DNA of 64,000 bases from NCBI GenBank assembly GCA_964502525.1, contig CAZCXH010000001.1:37480-101479 (forward strand), read 5' to 3'. The DNA is from an uncultured Chitinophagaceae bacterium (lineage in GTDB: Bacteria > Bacteroidota > Bacteroidia > Chitinophagales > CAIOSU01). The number at the start of each line of letters is the position of its first letter. Position 1 is the first letter of the stretch. The notes beneath the pieces were generated by a model that saw nothing but the letters and a program-made list of their open reading frames with translations, made no database searches and was not told the DNA's origin. Positions 1 to 10,124 of this stretch are shown in pieces. A program made the translations under genes and the position numbers.

Positions 1-1
1 A

Positions 2-499
2 TGTCTTTCACTAATGCAATCAGGAAGCCTGGTAGGGAATTGCGGACTTTCAAGCTCCCTGCTCGCTAAATTGTATGTTCATGCTGGATATGCCGCATAC
101 ATCTACAATTGCGGCTTTGAAAATTCAAGGTTTACGCATCAATTCAACCTTCTCAAAATTGAAGACAATCTCATCGTGCAGGACGCCCATTACAACATGA
201 CCATAAGGGCGCCCGATGGCGGTCCGAAGGATTTTATTCAAATTCTGTCCGAGATAAAAGCCAATGATTTCAGCAAAATGGTTATTGATGAAGATGAGTT
301 GCTCAAGGGTGGCAAAAAAACAAATTTCAGCATCATTGCCCGGGAAAGGCTTGAATGGATGGCGCCATTAGTTGAAGCGCACAATCTTCCGGCAAACTTC
401 TTGTCAATTTACCTGAAACCCCTTTCTGTCATGGATGCCCGAAGCGGCAGCAATGCCGTTGAATTGGAAGAAAAACTCCTGCCCACATGCCGGAATTAA
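2..499 (+). CDS. hypothetical protein, N-terminus probably outside the window
   Basis: The frame is open from base 2 to TAA 497-499; the ORF track starts it at the first Met, base 14. I recognise no motif. Confidence 0.4.
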   Translation, partial: CLSLMQSGSLVGNCGLSSSLLAKLYVHAGYAAYIYNCGFENSRFTHQFNLLKIEDNLIVQDAHYNMTIRAPDGGPKDFIQILSEIKANDFSKMVIDEDELLKGGKKTNFSIIARERLEWMAPLVEAHNLPANFLSIYLKPLSVMDARSGSNAVELEEKLLPTCRN

Positions 500-540
500 G
501 GATCACTATTTTTCTTGAATGGTCCGGTAGTTTTTTTACG

Positions 541-638
541 TCAGGGCTAAAGCCCTTTGTTGACGGAGCATCCATTAACTCCGCCTTTAAAGACGGGATT
601 AATGGAGAACTGAATGTTTACAACGGCTTTAGCCCTGA
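541..638. repeat. long stem-loop with 14-bp perfect inverted arms, tcagggctaaagcc (541-554) and ggctttagccctga (625-638)
   Basis: Arms read directly. It lies about 40 nt after the stop of the 2..499 ORF. ORF-track entry 487..690 is only its translation. Confidence 0.5.
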
Positions 639-797
639 CCTTATAAAAAATAACAAAATAACGGACTATTGTTTCTTAGGGACTGTTTAAAATTATAAAC
701 AGAACGCAGATGACGCAGAAAAACAGGATGGCCGCAGATAAAACAATCAGCGGTTATCTGCACAATCTGCGTCATCAGCGTTCCATTATCATTCTGT

Positions 798-924
798 TAT
801 CCCGAAGCAAATGTAAAAAACGAACTGTGATCGGTCCGAAGGACTCCGGACTCCTTCGGAGGATACACCATCGGGGGGCTACTCAGCAAAAGTTCGAATA
901 CCTGATTACCGATGGTATATTATG
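798..924 (+). repeat. dispersed ~125-bp repeat, copy 1 (central hairpin 835-860)
   Basis: Aligns by eye with 46522-46650 (+) and 55832-55930 (-). The hairpin is tccgaagga-N8-tccttcgga. Confidence 0.7.
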
Positions 925-949
925 ATTTAATGTAAAATTAAACCGTCTC

Positions 950-2008
950 TCAGAACGGGCTGAAAAACCCCGAATTACTGGTAAACTTGGAATCCGACAA
1001 TGCTTTGAGAAAAGCCACGAGGTCGGCTTTGTCCTGGTCCGTCAGGTCAGCCCTGCCATTCACTTTGGTCATCAGGGGGTCAATTGTCGGTGAAATCGTG
1101 ACACCGGAAGTATAAAATTCAACCACCTCCTCCAAAGTCTGGAAGCGCCCGTCATGCATGTAAGGTGCGGTGAATTCAACATTGCGCAAGGTGGGGGTTT
1201 TGAATTTGCCGTTATCATTGGGGTTCCCCGTGATTTTTCCAAGACCAATATCTGAGAATACAGAATCAAGTCCGTTATTATGAAACCGGTCATCTGTAAA
1301 AAGCATCCCGCTGGGAGGATGACAGTGGAAGCAATCGCCCTTCTCCGTTATAAAAAGAATTTCCCCCCTGCGCGCGGCAGCCGACATGTTTCCCTCTCCG
1401 CGTTCGCGCAAGTCAAATGGCGAGTCGGATGAGATGAATGTCCTTTCAAACTGGGCGATGGCTTTCACCACGAGCATCGAATCAATCTGATCGGTGCCGA
1501 AAGCCTGAAAGAACCTTTTCGGATAGTCGGGATGAGCCTGCAATTGCGCCACGGCATTTGTCCACGTATTATGCATTTCTATCGGATTAACAACCGGACC
1601 CAACGCCTGTTCCTCCAAAGATCCGGCCCGCCCATCCCAGAAAAATGATGACGACCAGCCCAGGTTGATTATCGCCATCGCGTTTCGATCTCCGGACAAG
1701 CCATCAATGCCAACGCTGAAACGAAGGTTTTTATCGGTGAATGCAAAATCCTGCGCATGACAGCTTGCGCATGACTGGGAACCGTCAGCGGAAAGAATCG
1801 GGTCATGAAACAACATTCTTCCCAATTCCACTCCTTTTACCGTAAGCGGATTATCCCCGGGAATATCCATCGGTGGAAATCCATCCGGGACGGTTAGCGC
1901 ATAGGGCTTGGGATCATACCCGTTTTCGTCAATGGCATCATCGTCATCGCATGAGCCGATTGCGATGAACAAAACCATCAGTGCCGGAATCCAATACCTC
2001 GAACTCAT
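950..2008 (-). CDS. di-haem cytochrome c peroxidase (CCP/MauG family), lipoprotein
   Basis: Two CxxCH haem motifs (CASCH, CFHCH). It has the PYMHDGRF...LEEVVEFY block typical of bacterial CCP and an N-terminal signal ending in Cys (IAIGSC). Confidence 0.9.
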   Translation of the reverse strand: MSSRYWIPALMVLFIAIGSCDDDDAIDENGYDPKPYALTVPDGFPPMDIPGDNPLTVKGVELGRMLFHDPILSADGSQSCASCHAQDFAFTDKNLRFSVGIDGLSGDRNAMAIINLGWSSSFFWDGRAGSLEEQALGPVVNPIEMHNTWTNAVAQLQAHPDYPKRFFQAFGTDQIDSMLVVKAIAQFERTFISSDSPFDLRERGEGNMSAAARRGEILFITEKGDCFHCHPPSGMLFTDDRFHNNGLDSVFSDIGLGKITGNPNDNGKFKTPTLRNVEFTAPYMHDGRFQTLEEVVEFYTSGVTISPTIDPLMTKVNGRADLTDQDKADLVAFLKALSDSKFTSNSGFFSPF

Positions 2009-2147
2009 GACTGCAATTTAAGAATTTGTTCCGTTATGGCTGAAATACCGGGGGGTACATTACAGTTTATATGTTTACGGTTTACAGTCACTGTAAACGG
2101 CTCAATGGCGCAATTTATTCCGTTCAAAGTATAAATTCAAAATGATA

Positions 2148-3626
2148 TTACTTCAGCCTTTCCAACCCCGCCTTTGCTTTCTGCGCGAGGCTGTATTTAT
2201 ATTCATGATTATCCATCTTCAGGCTTTCGATGAAGTATTGTCTGGCAAGCTGATAGTTTCCCTTTGCCTCATAGATCAGTCCGAGGTTCAGCGCTGCACT
2301 GGCGGCAAAGTAGCAGGGCTCCTCCTTCCCCTGGTTTATTGTTACCATATAACGTTCAATAGCGCGAACAGTATCACCCGTTTCATCAAAAATGCGCCCT
2401 TGCCGGTAGGCAAGCTCCAATTGATATTGCTTTTGAGCCAATGAATCATGCGGAATGTTCTCAAGGATTTGCAGCGCCCTTTTAAAATACCCCCCGTCAA
2501 ACAGCAGGCGCGATTTGAGCAATTCAGGATGGGGAGGAAGCGGGTTTTCACCTTCCCGCATCGCCTGCCTGTCAGCATCAGCCTGAGCGATGCCGTTGCT
2601 TCTCATGAGGTTCATAAGCCTGTAATAACCTTCCGTTTTGCCGTTTATCAGATAAGCCCATGCTATTTTGTGATAGGCGCTTTTAACCATGCTCGCTTCT
2701 TTGTTCGTTGAAAGGAACTCCCGAAAGGCGGCTATTGCCATTGTGTCTAAGTTTTGCAAGAGGGCAAGCCCGATGTAATAATTCAATATGGGAATTTGCG
2801 CGTATTCATTTCCCGATGGAATGTTATCAATCATTTGGAGCGCCTCATCATTATGATGGCTATAAACCGCGATTTTCAGAGCGGCATAATATGAGAACAG
2901 ATTTCCATGTTCAGGAAATTTTTCGCTGACCTCTTCCCATGCTTCATTCCTTTTTCCTTCAAGATGCAGCAGCAGCAAAGCATGCGTGAGCACCGCTTCC
3001 CCGCGCAGAAAATTGGCATCGCCCCAATCATCCTTTGATAATTTTTCTAATCCCGTCATGCCTGCTTCAAGATTTCCGCTCAATCCGATTATTCTCAATC
3101 CCCAATTATATTTTTCAGGAATTGCCCCCAGCAGCGATTGGATGACGTAATATTTCTCCATTCCCGGCTTAAAACCAGGAAATTTCCTTTCATTCTCTTC
3201 CAGCAGCATGGATGCTTTCCTCATTTCCAGCAGACCTGTGAGATATTCCCTGAACAGGATGGACGCCAGCGCATATTGCAGATGTACCTCAGCCTGCGCG
3301 CACAGCAGCCAGGGCGAGCCGGCATCTCCCTTTTTCAATTCATCAATGCGGCTGCTTTTGTCTGCCTTGAATGAGGCAAGCTGGCTTTCATCTTCCGTGA
3401 TGACGATGTTCAGCAAATCAATATAGTTCCCAAGGAGAAGCGGGATGAGGTTATCAGGGCGCAGCTTCTTTTCCTCCGCGATCAGCGACTCTCCTTTCTC
3501 CAGCCGGAGGCTAAAAATCTCCCGGTAGGCAGCTTTGCATTTTTCGTTAAAATCGAATTGCTGCGGGAACGAATGCAGCGGGAATAGTAAAATCCAAATT
3601 CCAAAATAGCCGATTCGAAGCGTCAT
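2148..3626 (-). CDS. secreted TPR-repeat protein
   Basis: Repeated TPR-like A/Y/L helices, for example LNLGLIYEAKGNYQLARQYFIESLK. The Met at 3626 precedes the signal-like MTLRIGYFGIWILLFPLHSF. The longer 5' extension in the track runs through a GC-rich hairpin repeat. Confidence 0.7.
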   Translation of the reverse strand: MTLRIGYFGIWILLFPLHSFPQQFDFNEKCKAAYREIFSLRLEKGESLIAEEKKLRPDNLIPLLLGNYIDLLNIVITEDESQLASFKADKSSRIDELKKGDAGSPWLLCAQAEVHLQYALASILFREYLTGLLEMRKASMLLEENERKFPGFKPGMEKYYVIQSLLGAIPEKYNWGLRIIGLSGNLEAGMTGLEKLSKDDWGDANFLRGEAVLTHALLLLHLEGKRNEAWEEVSEKFPEHGNLFSYYAALKIAVYSHHNDEALQMIDNIPSGNEYAQIPILNYYIGLALLQNLDTMAIAAFREFLSTNKEASMVKSAYHKIAWAYLINGKTEGYYRLMNLMRSNGIAQADADRQAMREGENPLPPHPELLKSRLLFDGGYFKRALQILENIPHDSLAQKQYQLELAYRQGRIFDETGDTVRAIERYMVTINQGKEEPCYFAASAALNLGLIYEAKGNYQLARQYFIESLKMDNHEYKYSLAQKAKAGLERLK

Positions 3627-3715
3627 TGTGAGCGAAGCGCCTGCCCGCATGACGCAGGCCGGACGGAAAAATTCTCTCTCTCCTGACAACTGACAACTGT
3701 CAAACTGCCAACCGA

Positions 3716-4492
3716 TTACTCCTTCCCCTTTGCCTGCTCCTTCTCAATTTCCGCATCCACAAGTATCCTTCCGCAGTGTTCGCAGATGATGATTTTCTTG
3801 CGCTGGGCTATTTCGGCTTGCCGCTGCGGAGGAATAAGGTTGAAACAACCCCCGCATGAGTTGCGCTCGATTTTCACCACCGCAAGTCCGTTCTGGTAAT
3901 TCTTGCGGATGCGCTGGTAAGCCGTCAGGAGGCGCTCATCAAAACTTTTGATTTCCTTCTGCGCCTTGTCAGACTGCTTGCGGTGCTTCTCCTCGTCCTT
4001 GTCGGTTTCCGTGATGATCTTTTCCAACTCCACCTTTTTGTTTTCCAGGTCCTTTTTCTTCCCCTTGATGTGGTCTTTCGCATCCTTCATGAAATCCTTC
4101 TGCACCTTGATCTGGTCGTTGATGTCACCGGTTTTCTTTTCTGCAAGCTGGATTTCAAGCTTCTGCAGCTCTATTTCTTTCGTCAGCGCGTCATACTCGC
4201 GGTTGTTCTTCACGTTGTTTTGCTGCTTCTGGTATTTTTTGATGAGCGCCTCCGATTCCTTGATGGTGTTTTTCTTTTTGGCGACTTCCTCCTCGAGGTG
4301 AGCCATCTCATCGTCAATCTTGTGGGTGCGCGTTTCAAGCCCCGCGATTTCATCCTCCAGGTCGCTCACTTCCATAGGAAGTTCGCCCTTCAGCCGCACA
4401 ATCTGGTCGAGTTCAGAATCAATGGTTTGGAGGTGGAAAAGCGATTTCAGCTTCTCCTCAACGGTCAGTTCCTTTGCTGTTGCTGTTGCCAT
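3716..4492 (-). CDS. coiled-coil protein with C-terminal C4 zinc ribbon (COG1579-type)
   Basis: Long K/E-rich heptad region followed by CGGC...CEHCGR. It sits immediately downstream of Nif3, which is the usual conserved pairing. Confidence 0.75.
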   Translation of the reverse strand: MATATAKELTVEEKLKSLFHLQTIDSELDQIVRLKGELPMEVSDLEDEIAGLETRTHKIDDEMAHLEEEVAKKKNTIKESEALIKKYQKQQNNVKNNREYDALTKEIELQKLEIQLAEKKTGDINDQIKVQKDFMKDAKDHIKGKKKDLENKKVELEKIITETDKDEEKHRKQSDKAQKEIKSFDERLLTAYQRIRKNYQNGLAVVKIERNSCGGCFNLIPPQRQAEIAQRKKIIICEHCGRILVDAEIEKEQAKGKE

Positions 4493-5587
4493 TTACAGAT
4501 AGTTTACGGGATTAGTGTTTGTTTCCGAAAAAAGAAGTGCGAAATTATTAAATTTTCTGTTCAAAACCTCATGGAAAAGCTCGGTCGTGAACTGTTCGCT
4601 CTCATAGTGCCCGATGTCGGCAATCACGATTTTGCCCTCCGCATCGAAGAAATCATGGTATTTGAAGTCTCCGGTGATGAAAATATCGGCATTGGCGCGG
4701 ATGGCATCCTGAAGCAGGAAGCTGCCTGATCCGCCACATACCGCCACTCTTTTGATCTTCCTGCCGAGGAGGTTAGTGTGCCTGACGCAACCCGCTTTGA
4801 AAGTCTTCTTCAGGGTTTGAAGAAAAGCCTTTTCATCAACGGGTTTCGCCAATTCCCCAATCATGCCGGAACCAACCCTCGGATGGTAATTGTCCAATGG
4901 AACAAGGTCATAAGCCACTTCCTCGTAGGGATGCGCTTCAAGAAGGGCTTGAACCAAGTTGTGCTCGATATACCCAGGATATATTGTTTCAATCTTAATT
5001 TCCGGCTCATGATGTCTTTTGCCTTTTTCTCCAACGTGAGGGTTGGTGGACTCGCTGCCCTTGAAGGTGCCGAACCCCTCGGTGTTGTAGCTCGTTTCGC
5101 TGTAGTCGCCAATCACACCGGCACCCGCTGCGAACAGCGCATCGCGCACTTTTTCCGCATCCTTCAGCGGGCAAAATGTAATAAGCTTTTTGAGGATTTG
5201 CCTTTTCGGGGAAAGAATCTCCGTATTCACCAATCCCAGCTTCTCGCAGATCTTTTTATTAACCCCGACATGCACATTATCAAGATTGGTGTGCATGCAA
5301 TAAATGGCGATGTCATTTTTCACTGCCAGCATCACCGCCCGCTCCACGTAATTCTTGCCGGTCAGCTTTTTCAATCCCTTGAAAACAATAGGATGATGAG
5401 CGATGATAAGGTTGCATTTCTTTTTGACAGCCTCTTTCACCACTTCGTCCGTTGAATCAATGCAGAGTAAAGCCTTTTTGACCTCCGCATCGGGGTTGCC
5501 GACAATCAAACCGGCATTGTCATAGCTTTCCTGGTACGCAGGGGGGGCGAGTGCTTCAAGGTGGGAGGTTAATTCTTTAAGTTTCAA
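4493..5587 (-). CDS. Nif3-like dinuclear metal-centre protein
   Basis: Length and blocks match the Nif3/YbgI/YqfO family: IIAHHP, MHTNLD, DIFITGDFKYHDF, IADIGHYESE. Confidence 0.9.
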   Translation of the reverse strand: MKLKELTSHLEALAPPAYQESYDNAGLIVGNPDAEVKKALLCIDSTDEVVKEAVKKKCNLIIAHHPIVFKGLKKLTGKNYVERAVMLAVKNDIAIYCMHTNLDNVHVGVNKKICEKLGLVNTEILSPKRQILKKLITFCPLKDAEKVRDALFAAGAGVIGDYSETSYNTEGFGTFKGSESTNPHVGEKGKRHHEPEIKIETIYPGYIEHNLVQALLEAHPYEEVAYDLVPLDNYHPRVGSGMIGELAKPVDEKAFLQTLKKTFKAGCVRHTNLLGRKIKRVAVCGGSGSFLLQDAIRANADIFITGDFKYHDFFDAEGKIVIADIGHYESEQFTTELFHEVLNRKFNNFALLFSETNTNPVNYL

Positions 5588-5728
5588 TAGAGTTCCGTCT
5601 TTTTATTTCAACCCTTCGGGTTTGCATCAACCAATCCCGATGTAATGATTATAGAAATAAATTTAAATGATTATATTCAACCCCGAAAGGGTGAAAAATT
5701 CTTATAGTAAAGATAAAAATTCCTGCGC

Positions 5729-7562
5729 CTAATACTTCACCACCTTCACCACGCGTTTTCCCGCTTCGGTAACGATGCCGAGGAAAAAGATATTTCCGGG
5801 AAGTTCTTTCAGGTCGAGTGAAATATCTTCTTGCAGCGAATTGTCAATCGTTTGATTCAACAATTGCCTGCCAAGGGCATCATAAAGTTTGATGGAAAGG
5901 AATTCCATTCCGGCAAAGGATGAAATCCCTGCTTTTATCGCCACTATCCCGTTGGTGGGATTAGGAAAGAGGGAAAGGTCCTGAAATGATCTTTCAACAA
6001 TACCCGTTGGACCTTCTTTAATAGTGATTGAAGTAGTGGTGGTGCAGCCCCACGCATCAGTAACAGTCACAGCATGAGTTCCGGCAGGAAAGCCTGTAGG
6101 CAAATCAGTTGTTTGACCATCGCTCCAAAGAAAACTATAAGGAGCCACACCACCTGATGCAATCACCTTGGCTGCACCATCACTCGCGCCATAGTAGGTG
6201 ACCTGTGAGGTAAAACTTGATATGGTGACAAGAAGTCTGCAAAAGCAATACTTCGTAATTATATAATCATGAACCCCGCCCAACAATGCCGAACCATTAT
6301 CCGTCACTATGACATAACAGGTATCTCTGGTTTGAATAGCATTTCCCATTTCATCATGAACCCCGTTAAAAATGGTTTTATCCCATTGTATATTTCCAAG
6401 TGAATCAGTTTTTACTATCCAAGGTTGTTCCTCCCCAGAATTGTTTTCTGTCTTATCTCCGCTTGTGGTGGAATATGAAGTTCCCGAAAGAAGGTATCCT
6501 CCATCAAATGTTTGAACTACTCTACCAAAGTCGTCTTCACTCTTTATTCCTCCATAATTTTTATCCCACTCTTTGTTTCCATTTGAATCAATTTTTACAA
6601 TCCAATAGTCCAACTCTCCACGCGATTGTTGTGTTCTGTCACCGTTAACCATACTGTCCACTAAACCTCCCAAAATATATCCCCTATCAACCGTTTGAGT
6701 TAAAGAGTTTAAATAGTCTCTCTCTGTAGTCCCGAACCTTTTGTCCCATTCCTTATTTCCTAACGAATCAATTTTTACTACCCAAAAATCCCAATCTCCA
6801 CGGGATATTTGCGTTTTGTTCCCGCTACTGTCAGAATTGGAATATCCTCCCAGGATATATCCTTTGTCATGGGTTTGTTTCAATTCAGTTAGTTGTTCAG
6901 TGCCAATTCCGCCAAACCGCTTATCCCATTGTTTATTACCCAGTGCATCTGTTTTTACAACCCAATAATCTTCTAAAAATCCCCAAGAGTCTTCAGTCTT
7001 ATCTCCACTGCTGTCTGAAACTGAACGGCCACCTAAAATATATCCCCCATCAACTGTTTGCTGCAAAGAATAAAGAGCATCATAATATGTTCCACCAAAC
7101 CGTTTATCCCATTGCTTATTGCCCAACGAATCAATCTTTACAATCCAATAGTCATCATCTGATCCTCCACCCCAGGAAGGTTGTGTTTTATCACCACCGA
7201 TTTCTGAACGAGAAGCTCCTCCTAAAATATATCCGCCACCAGAAGTCTGTTGTAATGAATAAAGCACATCGCTTTCAATACCCCCGAATCGTTTATCCCA
7301 TTGCTTATTGCCCAATGAATCAATCTTTACAATCCAGTAATCGGCATGCCCCCATGAAGGCTGGGTTTTATCACCACTGATATCTGAAAATGAATATCCT
7401 CCGATAATATATCCTCCATCAGCCGTTTGTTGAAATGACTTAGGCGTGTCTCCATCCACCCCCCCCAAACCTCTTATCCCACATCTTCACCAAAGGCGCC
7501 TGGGCGAAGGCGGTCTGAACTATGATCAGAAGGATTGATATGATTTGAATGTTCGGTTTCAT
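5729..7562 (-). pseudogene. T9SS-sorted repeat protein with seven ~60-aa units, an SprB-type repeat and a Por tail; split by a +1 frameshift in a G8 tract
   Basis: ORF 7440..7622 supplies a signal peptide (MKPNIQIISILLIIVQTAFAQA) and the first WDKRFGG unit. The main ORF 5729..7468 continues the same repeat in another frame. The junction is C8 at 7459-7466 (G8 on the coding strand). Removing one G gives WDKRFGGVDGDTPKSFQQT, which matches the later units. A sequencing error is an equally valid explanation. Confidence 0.7.
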
Positions 7563-7661
7563 TTGAAGTTCCATGTTCACCATCGCTCGGACAGTTGATG
7601 AAAGATAGTGATTCAAACGCAAAATTTATCATTGTAACTTTATCATTCTAAATTGATAAGC

Positions 7662-7844
7662 ATGTTAACTAAGCAAAAAGTAAGGAACTCTTTAAGGAAA
7701 TTACCTGAAAGCTTTACCATTGATGACCTTATTGATCATCTCATTTTCATTCAAAAAGTGGACGAAGGACTTGCTCAATCCAATGCGCGCAAGGTTAACA
7801 CCAAAGAACAATCGAAGAAAAAGCTCGGCAAATGGCTGAAGTGA
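7662..7844 (+). CDS. putative antitoxin of the RelE/ParE pair
   Basis: Small ORF that overlaps the toxin start by 13 nt. I recognise no family motif. The ATG at 7662 is preferred over the TTG at 7653. Confidence 0.55.
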   Translation: MLTKQKVRNSLRKLPESFTIDDLIDHLIFIQKVDEGLAQSNARKVNTKEQSKKKLGKWLK

Positions 7845-8131
7845 AATGGACTGACCGGGCGCTTAACGATCTGAACGAAATTGCCGAGTACATTTCAAAA
7901 GATTCCATCAGGTATGCGGAAATTACTGCCGAAAAGCTATTCGCACGACCGGATGTGTTGTCGCAGCATCCATTGATTGGCACTGTTGTGCCGGAATTTA
8001 ACAACAGAACCATCAGGCAACTGCTGGAAGGCAGTTACAGAATTATCTACCGGATCGTCAGCGAAGATGAAATTCACGTGATCGCTGTGCATCATTCCAA
8101 AAGAAGACTCACACGCAAAATAATCCCGTAA
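7832..8131 (+). CDS. type II toxin, RelE/ParE family (intact)
   Basis: 99 aa. Contains WTDRALNDLNEIAEYI...YRIIYRI...IHVIAVHHSKR, typical of the ParE/RelE plasmid-stabilisation fold. Confidence 0.85.
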   Translation: MAEVKWTDRALNDLNEIAEYISKDSIRYAEITAEKLFARPDVLSQHPLIGTVVPEFNNRTIRQLLEGSYRIIYRIVSEDEIHVIAVHHSKRRLTRKIIP

Positions 8132-8143
8132 GCCTTTTGGTTT

Positions 8144-9226
8144 ATGCCTTCCAATCTCTTTCTGCGCATCTTCCTTTTCCCATTCTCCCTCCTCTATGGC
8201 GCGGGCATATCGTTCCGCAACTGGTTGTATGAAGCCGGGTATCTGAAAACCGTTGAATTTGACTTTCCGGTCATCTGTGTCGGCAACCTCTCGATGGGCG
8301 GCACGGGCAAAACACCGCATGTGGAATACCTCATCCGATTGCTTTCAGAAAAGTTCAGGGTTGCCATCCTCAGCCGCGGCTATCGCAGGAAGACCAGCGG
8401 CTACGTGCGCATTGAAACCTCCTCTGCTGCGGATGATGCAGGTGATGAACCTGTCATGATGAAGAAAAAACATCCGCATGCAGCGGTTGCTGTTTGCGAA
8501 GACAGGGCGCTCGGTGTGCCGCAACTGCTTTCATCATTCCCGCAAACCGATGTGGTGATACTGGATGACGCCTTCCAGCACCGTGCCGTCAGGGCTGGGC
8601 TGAGCATCCTGCTGACCAGCTATGGCAATCTTTTCACGCGTGATTACCTGCTGCCTGCCGGCAGTTTGCGTGAATTCAAAAGCGCAAAGAACAGGGCTGA
8701 GTTTATTGTCGTCACCAAATGCCCGGTCAATCTGGCTAACGATGAAAAAGAAAAAGTCCGGAGTGAAATCGCTCCCGACAAAAATCAGTTGGTTTTCTTT
8801 TCTTTCCTGAAATACAGTCAACCTTACCTTTTTACCGATGGCAGCGTCAGGCTCACTTTCGACCGGAGCTATGACGTAATGATCATCACCGGGATTGCGT
8901 CAAGCGAAAGCCTGAAGGAGTACATCCGTCCGCTGGTGAAAAATCTTTACCCCTTTGACTTCAGCGACCATCATCCCTTTACGCGCAATGACATGGAGCG
9001 GATCACGGAAGCCTTCGGCAACATCGAATCGGAACATAAACTATTGCTCACCACTGAAAAGGATGCCGTAAGATTACTTCCATTTCAGGCTTGGATAGTT
9101 GAAAAAAATCTCCCCATTTTTGTGCAGCCCGTGAGCGTTGAGTTTTTTGAGGAAGATAAAAAAATGTTCGATGAGGAGATCACGGGATGGCTGGAAAAAT
9201 TACAGGGTCTAAAATCTAAAGTCTAA
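8144..9226 (+). CDS. lpxK: tetraacyldisaccharide 4'-kinase
   Basis: GNLSMGGTGKTPHVEYL P-loop, ILSRGY, VILDDAFQHR; length about 360 aa. Confidence 0.9.
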   Translation: MPSNLFLRIFLFPFSLLYGAGISFRNWLYEAGYLKTVEFDFPVICVGNLSMGGTGKTPHVEYLIRLLSEKFRVAILSRGYRRKTSGYVRIETSSAADDAGDEPVMMKKKHPHAAVAVCEDRALGVPQLLSSFPQTDVVILDDAFQHRAVRAGLSILLTSYGNLFTRDYLLPAGSLREFKSAKNRAEFIVVTKCPVNLANDEKEKVRSEIAPDKNQLVFFSFLKYSQPYLFTDGSVRLTFDRSYDVMIITGIASSESLKEYIRPLVKNLYPFDFSDHHPFTRNDMERITEAFGNIESEHKLLLTTEKDAVRLLPFQAWIVEKNLPIFVQPVSVEFFEEDKKMFDEEITGWLEKLQGLKSKV

Positions 9227-9234
9227 AGTCTGTC

Positions 9235-10059
9235 ATGACCGATTATCTCGAAAAAATCGAACAAACCCGGAAGTACATTTCCGAAGAAACGAAGTTCAAA
9301 CCGCAATACGGCATCATCCTCGGAACGGGGCTGGGTGGCCTGGTCGGGGAAATCAAAAAGGAATATGAACTGAATTATGATGACATTCCGAACTTTCCGG
9401 TTTCTACCGTTGAAAGCCATCGCGGAAAATTGATATTCGGGGAATTGAGCGGCAAATGGATTATGGCGATGCAGGGGCGCTTCCATTATTATGAAGGATA
9501 CAGCATGAAAGAGCTGACGTTTCCCGTGCGCGTGATGAAAGCGCTTGGCATTGACACGCTGTTCATCTCCAATGCGGCTGGCGGAACGAGTGAAAAAATC
9601 AAAACAGGCGACCTGATGATCCTGCGCGACCACATCAACCTGCTGCCGGAGCATCCCTTGCGCGGAAGAAATTATGATGCGCTGGGTCCGCGTTTTCCCG
9701 ACATGCTCCACACTTACGATAAAAAGCTGATTGAAAAAGCGCTGGAGATTGCGAGGAAAAGTAACATCACCTGCCACACCGGAGTTTATGCTGCGCTGTC
9801 AGGTCCCTGTCTCGAAACTCCTGCAGAATACAATTACATGCACACTATCGGTGCCGATGCCGTTGGCATGTCCACCGTTCCTGAAGTGATTGTTGCGCGC
9901 CACATGAACATGCGCGTGTTCGCCATCTCAGCGATTACCGATGCCGGCTATCCTCTGGAGGCGATTAAGGAGACCTCATTGGAAGATGTGATAAAGGTTG
10001 CCAAAACTGCGGAGCCTAAGATGACTAAAATTATCAAGGAGTTGATTGCTTCGCTGTGA
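9235..10059 (+). CDS. purine nucleoside phosphorylase (trimeric PNP family)
   Basis: 274 aa. Contains GRFHYYEGY, NAAGG, GPRFPDM and VGMSTVPEV blocks. Confidence 0.9.
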   Translation: MTDYLEKIEQTRKYISEETKFKPQYGIILGTGLGGLVGEIKKEYELNYDDIPNFPVSTVESHRGKLIFGELSGKWIMAMQGRFHYYEGYSMKELTFPVRVMKALGIDTLFISNAAGGTSEKIKTGDLMILRDHINLLPEHPLRGRNYDALGPRFPDMLHTYDKKLIEKALEIARKSNITCHTGVYAALSGPCLETPAEYNYMHTIGADAVGMSTVPEVIVARHMNMRVFAISAITDAGYPLEAIKETSLEDVIKVAKTAEPKMTKIIKELIASL

Positions 10060-10124
10060 ATGGAACCGGCAAAGCCAAAGAGTAAAGGGAGTTTCGTAAT
10101 TTCGATTATTACTAATTTATTCAG

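Noticed and set aside
710-925. 71-aa ORF, and its look-alike 46551..46826, sharing the peptide PKD.GLLRRI.HR
   Set aside because: The similarity comes from the dispersed DNA repeat and its hairpin. It ends at the repeat borders, and the frames are not otherwise protein-like.
2148-3689. Long 5' extensions given by the ORF track for several genes (also 19107..20447, 21758..23392, 25033..25707, 32404..33864, 40281..41870, 45301..46368, 48712.., 58115.., 62215..)
   Set aside because: The extensions lack signal or domain content, run through intergenic repeats or overlap neighbouring genes. Internal ATGs directly precede signal peptides or conserved N-termini, so I used those.
3983-4729. 248-aa plus-strand ORF, with 3948..4301 and 4320..4502, overlapping the zinc-ribbon and Nif3 genes
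   Set aside because: It is antisense to a K/E-rich coiled-coil gene. The translation is low-complexity L/F/V-rich mirror sequence with no motifs. The minus-strand genes have clear family signatures.
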